Shown: piece by piece, positions 1 to 8,000 of the stretch
How positions within the stretch are numbered: position 1 is the first letter of the stretch
Layout of the letters: every line of letters starts with the position of its first letter
Assembly (NCBI GenBank): GCA_964636085.1
Contig: CAZWPQ010000048.1
Location: 1 to 11,976, forward strand
Source: an uncultured Nitrososphaerota archaeon
GTDB lineage: Archaea; Asgardarchaeota; Njordarchaeia; Njordarchaeales; Panguiarchaeaceae
Length of the DNA: 11,976 nt
Direction: 5' to 3'
The notes under the pieces: generated by a model
Databases searched by the model: none
What the model saw: only the letters and a program-made list of their open reading frames with translations
What the model was told of the DNA's origin: nothing
Translations under genes and position numbers: made by a program

Positions 1-165
1 CCACGTAGGGCGATCCTTGGTATGTTGGAGAATCTTAGTTGGGAGTCTGTTTCGAGGCGTTATAGGCAATTTTGTTGTTATCTTGGCTCTATTGGTTTGT
101 CTGCTTACGCTCGGTCGAGTTTAAGGGATAGCGATTATAGCCAGTACCTAAAAACTGACATGTAG
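1..165 (+). CDS. 3' end of a gene running in from the left edge; probable glycosyltransferase family 4 (GT-B) C-terminus
   Basis: Frame +1 is open from base 1 to TAG at 163-165: PRRAILGMLENLSWESVSRRYRQFCCYLGSIGLSAYARSSLRDSDYSQYLKTDM*. ENLSWESVSRRY resembles the terminal 'xxFSWxxIAxxY' helix of GT4 enzymes, and a T8 tract follows the stop. Only 54 residues are visible. Confidence 0.45.
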   Translation, partial: PRRAILGMLENLSWESVSRRYRQFCCYLGSIGLSAYARSSLRDSDYSQYLKTDM

Positions 166-173
166 TTTTTTTT
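166..173 (+). terminator. Putative archaeal oligo-T terminator
   Basis: TTTTTTTT directly after the TAG at 163-165. Confidence 0.4.
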
Positions 174-267
174 GGAAACTCTTGGCTTATACCCCCAATT
201 CCTTTATCATTAACCTCAACTAGAGGAGTCTTTTTAAGTAAGTCCTTAAGTTTAGGTATTCTAATTT

Positions 268-499
268 ATTTTAAACCCTTAAATTTGTTCTATTTATGGT
301 ACAATTTGTTGGTGGAATTGTACTATGGGTGGTACAATTATTAATGTCGATAATGTGCTTAAAAGGGTTTTGGTTGAGTCTCAGGAGCTGATATATCCGG
401 CTGATCTTATTGAGCGCTCGGTGGATGTTGATTTTGGCTTTGCGTTTGGGCCAATAGGCAAGGTTTATGCTGTGCATGGGCTAAGGAGGGTTGGTAAAA
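268..499 (+). repeat. Left arm of a 232-bp inverted repeat (partner 1744-1975)
   Basis: Base-by-base comparison: position x pairs with 2243-x. The only mismatches found are 284/1959 and 286/1957. The track ORFs 271..477(-) and 1766..1972(+) are identical except for one residue for this reason. Confidence 0.97.
296..339. promoter_or_regulatory. Operator-like array GTACAATT-N9-AATTGTAC-N8-GTACAATT (left copy)
   Basis: GTACAATT 299-306, AATTGTAC 316-323 and GTACAATT 332-339. The first pair extends to ATGGTACAATT/AATTGTACTAT (10/11). The array spans the GGTGG SD (311-315) and the ATG (325). Confidence 0.5.
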
Positions 500-504
500 A
501 TTAA
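325..504 (+). pseudogene. Truncated duplicate of the 5' end of the AAA_14/DUF4143 ATPase gene (59 aa)
   Basis: ATG 325 to TAA 502-504 encodes MGGTIINVDNVLKRVLVESQELIYPADLIERSVDVDFGFAFGPIGKVYAVHGLRRVGKN*. This equals residues 1-58 of 557..1918 and ends inside Walker A (GLRRVGK|T). The SD and upstream TATA-like sequence are retained. Confidence 0.9.
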
Positions 505-556
505 TTGTCACTATCAGGATTTATTCTAAGAACTAATGTGAAGATTTTGATGCGAT

Positions 557-1918
557 TCACGGATTCGGTATTATATCGACCATTCCTAGAAACCATTTCC
601 AGGCAGGAATTATCTCGATGGTCTTGCCGTTCACGGTTTCTTTATCCTCATCTTTGTATGTGAGGATTATTCCTTTATTAAGTCCGAACTCTCTGCATGC
701 CCTTACTAGTGAGTTTATCTCTCTTCTTTTAACTTCCTTATCTTCTAGTGACCAAGCTACCTGTATTAGTGCTATTGGTCTTAGGTTCTTAATTACGGCA
801 AAATCTACTTCTCCCCTATTTCTATTCCTCCAGTAGTGAATTCTTATCGTCGGATCATTATGCGTCTTCCTTTTTAGTTCGATGTAGACTGCGTTTTCTA
901 ATAGACGCCCAAGATCGTAGCTTATTGCCGTCGAGGTTATGAATATATTATCCGCGATATATATCTTCCTAGGGTACATTAGCTGATCCTTTATTGTTCT
1001 TGAGAATATAGGGACTTGATCCGCGAAGAAAACTTTCTCCACATATCTAATATACTTTCCTATGGTCTCCTTACCGACCCTATGTCCAATGCTTTTAAGC
1101 ACATCATAAGCCTTTGAGATGCTGAACTCTTTGGAGTTTATCAGTAGTTTTATTAGATCCTCAAGCGCTGGTTTGTTGTCCACATCAAACTGTTCACATA
1201 TGTCTCGATTAACTATTGTTTTGAAGTATTCATGTGCTAGGATTATTTTCCTATGCTTTCCCTTAACTAGGACGATCTCTGGCATCCCCCCAAACTCAAT
1301 ATATTCTCGAAAGTAATGTAGGAGTTCAGACAATCTTTCATCGCTAAGTTCTATATGCTTTAGATCAATTCTAGTGCCTCGAAACGTTAGGAACTCTGCA
1401 AAGGTTAATGGAAATATTCGTAGTGGACAACTCCGCCCCCTAAGTTCTCGTGGTATGTCATCCGCTGAGAGCTTACTAGTGGAGCCAGAAATAAACAAGG
1501 TAGCTCTCCTCGAATCATTAATCCTCACGGCCCATGCACTCCACCTTGGTATTTTGTGGATTTCATCAATAAATAAGAATAATTTACCCTTGACTCCAAA
1601 TGTTTCTCGAATTACTGGTATCAACCTTGTTAGAACATTAGTTCTACGCGGTATTCTCTCATCATCCATGCTTATATAATGTGTTCTTAGAGGCTCTATG
1701 CCATGCTTAATTACCTGCCTTCTCAATTGATACAAGAAATAAGTTTTACCAACCCTCCTTAGCCCATGCACAGCATAAACCTTGCCTATTGGCCCAAACG
1801 CAAAGCCAAAATCAACATCCACCGAGCGCTCAATAAGATCAGCCGGATATATCAGCTCCTGAGACTCAACCAAAACCCTTTTAAGCACATTATCGACATT
1901 AATAATTGTACCACCCAT
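557..1918 (-). CDS. AAA+ superfamily ATPase, AAA_14 + DUF4143 (COG1373-type), with C-terminal PD-(D/E)xK-like fold
   Basis: 453 aa. Walker A GLRRVGKT and Walker B LFLFIDEIH are present, as are the family motifs ISGSTS, GRS..IFPLTFAEF, YIEFGGMPEI, RKIYIADN, LLENAVYIEL and YWR..EVDFAV..LIQV. A GGTGG SD (1928-1932, minus strand) lies 9 nt upstream of the ATG. Confidence 0.93.
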   Translation of the reverse strand: MGGTIINVDNVLKRVLVESQELIYPADLIERSVDVDFGFAFGPIGKVYAVHGLRRVGKTYFLYQLRRQVIKHGIEPLRTHYISMDDERIPRRTNVLTRLIPVIRETFGVKGKLFLFIDEIHKIPRWSAWAVRINDSRRATLFISGSTSKLSADDIPRELRGRSCPLRIFPLTFAEFLTFRGTRIDLKHIELSDERLSELLHYFREYIEFGGMPEIVLVKGKHRKIILAHEYFKTIVNRDICEQFDVDNKPALEDLIKLLINSKEFSISKAYDVLKSIGHRVGKETIGKYIRYVEKVFFADQVPIFSRTIKDQLMYPRKIYIADNIFITSTAISYDLGRLLENAVYIELKRKTHNDPTIRIHYWRNRNRGEVDFAVIKNLRPIALIQVAWSLEDKEVKRREINSLVRACREFGLNKGIILTYKDEDKETVNGKTIEIIPAWKWFLGMVDIIPNP

Positions 1919-1975
1919 AGTACAATTCCACCAACAAATTGTACCATAAATAGAACGATTTTAAGGGTTTAAAAT
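1744..1975 (-). repeat. Right arm of the 232-bp inverted repeat (native promoter and first 58 codons of the ATPase gene)
   Basis: Reverse complement of 268-499 with two mismatches. Confidence 0.97.
1904..1947. promoter_or_regulatory. Operator-like GTACAATT triple array (right copy) over the ATPase SD and start codon
   Basis: AATTGTAC 1904-1911, GTACAATT 1920-1927 and AATTGTAC 1937-1944, mirroring 296-339. Confidence 0.5.
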
Positions 1976-2032
1976 TTTTTTTATTATTTTTTGGCTTATA
2001 ATTCTGTAGTGCCTAAATGTTTGTCTAGGTGA
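1959..2032. promoter_or_regulatory. Divergent promoter region for the ATPase (-) and C25 protease (+) genes
   Basis: Palindromic TTTAAA 1968-1973 with an A-tract upstream on the minus strand (BRE-like). TTATAA 1996-2001 lies about 30-35 nt before the protease start. SD AGGTGA at 2027-2032. Confidence 0.45.
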
Positions 2033-5000
2033 ATGTGTTGTATAGATATGTCAGGTCTTTGGTGCTTTTAGGCGTCCTACTATTGGCCTCTATTTCTTCT
2101 ATATTATGGATGAAGGCTTCATCGATGGAGAATACTGTGGAGCAGGGCGATGTAGCAAAGAATAATAAGTCATATGTAAAATCGGGGGGTCTAAGCGATA
2201 AAAATCGTTGGAACGACATATTTGGAGAGGTGTCAAATGTGGAGGATGCCGGATCGGGGGGTATACCTGATATTTTCTTTAAGCCGAGATATCTACAGGA
2301 GCGTCCATATTATAGAGTGCCGCCTAGACAGGGAAGCCTTGATGTTGATTATAAATATACTTTAAGCGGTAACTCTGGAGAGATTATTATCCATATTAGG
2401 TTCAAGGATCCGAGGATGACGCCCATAAAGATTAATGACACAACATACTATATTATATCTCTCGAAGGATGTGGTCTCTCTGGAGGATATGGCGAACCAT
2501 TACTACCCATATGCACAATAGGTGTAGCATTACCCACACATGCAGAGCTGGTCGGGGTCCTCGCTAGTGCTTATGAAACTAGGTTTGTTGGGAAATATGT
2601 ACCTGTACCAAAGCAGAGGCCAGTGCCAATAGGTATGGATCAGAGCAAAAATGAATTCCTAATAAACGAGGAGATTTATGGGCTACAAACATTGTATCCG
2701 GAGAATATTCTCAACGACTATCATATTGGCTATATTAGGGGGATCCCCATAGTTAGAATTTCGCTGAATCCAATCCAGATTATTCCGGCGTCAGGCGGGG
2801 TATATCACAACGCCGAGGTCAAAGTAGTGGTGCGTTTTAGTTTACCAAGCAACTATAAATATGGAACATATGATCGGAAGTCTAAAAGGTTTGTCAAGGA
2901 GCTACTTGGCTCGAGTGTTATAGGCCTATCAGAAGCACTGGAATACTCAGAAGCCGTGTTTTCCAATTCCCTTAGGGGGACCTATGATTGCGTTATCATA
3001 ACTCATGATGATTATTATGAGCTCGCAGAGCTATACAAGACGTGGAAGGAGGAGAAGGGGCTAAGCATCTATATTGCCAACCTATCCTCAATCCTTAACA
3101 ACTACACGGGGGTTGATGCTTCAGAAAAAATAAGGAACTTCATAATCCAGGCATACAACGACTGGGGAATAGAATATGTCCTAATAATAGGCGATGCCGA
3201 TGATATACCGCCCAGAGAGGTCTATGATCCATATCCATATTGGGGAGCTCCAGACATTGATAATGGGACAATACCAACAGACATGTATTATGCATGCCTA
3301 GATGGAAACTGGAACGCGGATGGCGATACGATATGGGGCGAAGTGGAGGATGATGTGGACTGGTACCCAGAACTCGTCGTAGGGAGAATTCCTGGCGATT
3401 CGACAGAGGAGATAGGTAGAGCCATAAAGAGACTAATCCTATATGAGTTTGCACCTGCTGGGGGTGACTGGAGGAGAAAAGCCCTACTACTAGGGGCACA
3501 AGCTTTTGATTATGATGATGGAGCTCAATTCTTCAACAGAATGATCCAGAATTATATTCAGTATACTGACTATGAGCCGATCAAACTATATGACACTGTG
3601 GACTCGCCAAACGATAACCTGACAACAGAAAATACTATCAATTATATTGTGAATGGAGTCGCAATAGTCAATTTCTGGGATCATGGAAGCCCGGATACAT
3701 GGTGGCAGAATGTCCACTCGACTGGAGGAGATCCATTATTATCATCGTATGATGTATATAGCAATATACTCATAAGAGAAGTCATGTATCCATTTATATT
3801 CGCAATGGCATGCGCCACAGTACCATTTGACCATGAATCCATGGATAATAACATGGGAGAGTCTTGGTTTAGGACTGAGATTGCTGGTGCGATAGCATAT
3901 TTTGGCTCTGCAAGAATAGCATTCGCTGGGGATGATGGTATGGATGGTTTAAATGATAGATGGTGGTTCGCCATCAAGAGGTACTGGATAGACAATATGA
4001 CGCAGCCGATCGGATGGCTTATCGCTAGGGCGAAAATAAATCTAACACAGAGCTATGATCCTGATGTTTACGGGAATGAGGTCTCAAGAAAGACATTGCT
4101 TGAGACTGCTTTCCTTGGGGATCCAGAATTGGGGATGCTGATTGCTGATAACCTCACCGTAAACATAAAGAATGAGACAATATCAGTAGACCCAGGCCAA
4201 ACATTGACTATTATGGGTAATGTAACTAGGACCCTTACTGGCGTAGGCATAGCGGCAACAATAAAAATCTGGATTCTTACTAGAGACATTGATATTATCT
4301 CGTCATGTGTAGTGACCAGCTTTAATAATGGTTCATTTACAGCGCAGCTAAATATACCAACAGGTACTTCTCCAGGCGAATATATACTTGCGGTATTTGC
4401 AAGAGCTGGGGATGAAATAGGTCGTGTCGGAAAATTGATGAGGATTGGAACATTAAAGGTCAGCGTAACCAGTGAAGAGTTCGTACAACTATATCACTAT
4501 GTAAACATTTCTGGAAGAGTACTAACTAAGACTGGAACCCCAGTAGAAAATGCCGAGGTAAACATAACTATTATCGATGTTTACGATAACATTGTTAATG
4601 AGGGAACAGTCATCACAAATATAACTGGATTCTTCACCTACTCATGGAATGTAACCACGGCAAGTGAATTTAGGATACATGTCACGGCATGTGACCCAAC
4701 GAGAGCCCATTGGGGTGCCAACGAAACATCATTTATTGGTGCAAAAGGAATAATTAAAATAGCTGTCATAGACTCGTGGGGCTCCGATGCACCAATATCG
4801 GTAACGACGTTTTTGGGGCTTCAAAAGAATTGGTATGAATATGGTGATTATTTATTGGAATTCGACAGGGAATCACTCAATAAGGATGGAATAACATTAT
4901 CCGATATTTTCAATAGCTCGGCTGATGTTTTATTCATATCGGATGCTTGGAACAGTTATTATGGTTGGGAATTTACTGATGAAGAAATCGACGCTATTAA

Positions 5001-8000
5001 GGGATATGTATCGGCGGGGCATGGTATAATAGGTACGGGGGGCACACTATCCTCTGGAGCGTCAAACAATATGAAGCTTGCAGAAATGTTTGGATATGCC
5101 AGTGAACCCGCGGGAAGCTGGGGCTCAGATTTCGAGCCCATATTCAACATTCTAAACTCATCACACCCAATATTTGCGGGGGTCGCATCACCATATGAGG
5201 CTGGAATGAATTATACTGTAACGGGTCTGGAGCTTGATTCTAACTCTCCAGCAACAATAATTGCAAAATCCGTTGATGAGCTAGCACAGATCTCAGAACA
5301 TATGTATGGTAGGGGAATGACCATATACTTCACAAGTATGCCGGAGGTAAACTATCCTAGTATTGGATATACCCCAACAATCGAGGATTATATTGTATTA
5401 TACAATGCGATAGTTTATGCATATGAGTACTCAACCCCAGCACCCTACGAGTTTGTTCCCGAAGAGGTAGAGGCCCCGATACTCATTGATGTAGGAGAAA
5501 CAGCCTTGATTAATGCTACTATAGTAAATGTTGGCTATGAGAACGCAACGGGTGTCACCGTTAGATTAATTGTCGATGGAGAAGAAAAAAGCTCCCAATT
5601 AGTCGATATTCCAGGTATGGGATCAGTCAATATGACATTTAGCTATTCCCCCACACAATATAGGATGTCAAATGTGACTATTAGCGTGGATACACTCCCA
5701 GGAGAAGCCTATGTTGGCAACAACAATAAATCCGCACCAATGATAGTTGCCAAGAAGATATATGAGAATGACTTCGAAACGGATCCAACAGCAGAGTGGT
5801 CGATAGTTGGTTCTAACGCATCCTGGGAGTGGGGCGAGCCGATGTCTGGCCCAGGAAGTGCATATTCTGGCCAATATTGCTGGGCTACAAACCTGACCAG
5901 TACATATAATAACTATGAGAATAGTATGCTTGTAAGCCCAGAAATAGAAATACCAGACAATGCATCTAATGTATATGTGCTATTTTATCATTGGTTCGAA
6001 ATAGAGAACTGGTATGATTCTGCGAGACTAATGATTTATGATGGGACAAAATGGGATCTTGTTGAGCCGATAATAGGCATTGAATACTCAGATACCTACT
6101 ATGGTAGGGGCTGGACTGGAGAGAGTAAGGAATGGATCATTGCAGTGTTTGATATTGCTGAGTATCGTGGAAAAAAAGTGAAGCTAGGCTTTAACATAAC
6201 ATCGGACGTTATAGTATCCTATGACGGATGGTATATTGATGATGTTGTTGTGGCGTATATATCATATGAGCATCAATTGCGCATAAGCGATGTATATATG
6301 GATAAGCTATTCATCTATGGGGAGGATAGAGATATTACTGTCCTAGTAGCAAATGAGGGTACTAATAATGAGACTGGAATTGATGTTAAGCTATACATAA
6401 ACGAGACATTATGGGACTCACAAACAATAGATATAAACAGTATGGAAAAACAGAATGTCACATTCACAGTAAACGTAAACAAATCACTGATCGGAATACT
6501 CAATGTTAGAATAACAGTAGAACAAGTACTCGGAGAATATGTCACCGAGGATAACGAGGTGGAGATGGTGGCCTATGGAGGGACATATTTATATGAGAAT
6601 GACTTTGAAACGGATCCAACTGCGGAGTGGTCAATCACTGGTACTAACCCATCTTGGGAGTGGGGCAAGCCGACATCTGGCCCAGGGAGTGCACATTCTG
6701 GCCAGTACTGTTGGGCAACAAATCTAGATGGCAACTACAACTATAGTGAAGAAAGTAGACTCGTAAAAATATTCAGGGGGCTCAGTTATTTCCACTCAAT
6801 TCCAAAGATACTTGTAGTATTCTACCACTGGTATTCTATCGAACTAGGTTGGGATTTTGCGTGGTTCGAAATAAGTCATAAAGGTACAGCATGGATCAAA
6901 TTGGCCCCGATGGAGGGTCCAGAATATTATTATATTGGGTGGAGTGGATCGAGTAATGATTGGGTAAAATCAATGTTCGATATTACTAACTATGTGAAAG
7001 AGGACGAGGATGTATACATAGCATTCCACTTAAGCTCGGACTATATAATTGCATATGATGGTTGGTACATTGATGATGTTAAAATATTCATAACGGCGAT
7101 TCTATATCACGATGTCGGCGTGGCTGGAGCTAAGGTTCCAGAATCTGTTGAGTATTGCGAGGACATTGCGATAAATGCAACAATAGTTAATAATGGCCTA
7201 GAAAACGAAACAAACATAGTTGTTGACCTCCTAATAAACGGCACTTTAGTTGACTCGGTAACAATCCCCGAGCTGGAGAGCCATGATAAAGCGATAGTTT
7301 CATTCAATTGGACAGTGTACCTCGTGGGACCACTAAATGTAACAATTAATATAACCCCCATATCAGGCGACGAGATACTCCGCAATAATAAATATTCCGA
7401 GATAATGTTCAGCATTGCATTAATAATCGAGTATGACTTTGAAGAAACACCGGGCCCCGAATGGTTTATTATTGGTTCTAATTCATCTTGGGAGTGGGGC
7501 GAGCCGACATCTGGCCCAGGGAGTGCACATTCTGGCCAGTACTGCTGGGCAACAAATCTAGATGGGAACTACAACTATACTGAAGACAGCTATCTAATAC
7601 TTAATCTCTCAGCATTCCCTATAACATTGGGTGCTGAAGAATTACTGTATGCCGCAGTATACATATGGTATGACATAGAGAGCTGGTATGATGGAGCACG
7701 TGTCGAGGCCAGTTCCGATCTTTCGAGATGGACAATACTAAACCCGGTAACTGGTCCAGAATATGACAATACAGAATATGGTGATGCTTGGAGTGGACAA
7801 ATATCTTCATGGACACAAGTTCTATTCGATTTAACAGGCATGGGTACTACTGGTTATCTTGGCTTTCATATGATGTCGGATACATCGGTTAGTTATTATG
7901 GTATATATATTGACGACTTAAGTATATTGGCTTGTGAGTATCCAAGAGCAATAATTATATCCCCTAGGAATGACACATATACTCTTGACACAATAACAAT

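Noticed and set aside
182-191. TTGGCTTATA at 182-191 repeated directly at 1991-2000
   Set aside because: A 10-bp AT-rich match at unequal distances from the arms (76 vs 15 bp), so not a target-site duplication; likely chance.
271-477. Twin 68-aa ORFs 271..477(-) and 1766..1972(+)
   Set aside because: They are antisense shadows of the ATPase 5' end. Their near identity only reflects the inverted repeat, and they have no SD or recognisable motif.
268-499. Pure assembly or MDA fold-back artefact
   Set aside because: Disfavoured but not excluded: the arms differ at two positions, and both have unique, sensible flanks (gene end plus terminator on the left, protease promoter on the right). Read mapping is needed to settle it.
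268-1975. Insertion sequence or transposon with terminal inverted repeats
   Set aside because: The enclosed gene is a COG1373-type ATPase with no DDE/HUH/recombinase motifs. The repeat includes coding sequence, and no target-site duplication flanks 268 and 1975.
6650-7586. Diversity-generating retroelement TR/VR pair
   Set aside because: The four mismatches (A/G, T/C, C/G, G/C) are not adenine-specific, both copies are in-frame coding, and no reverse transcriptase is present.
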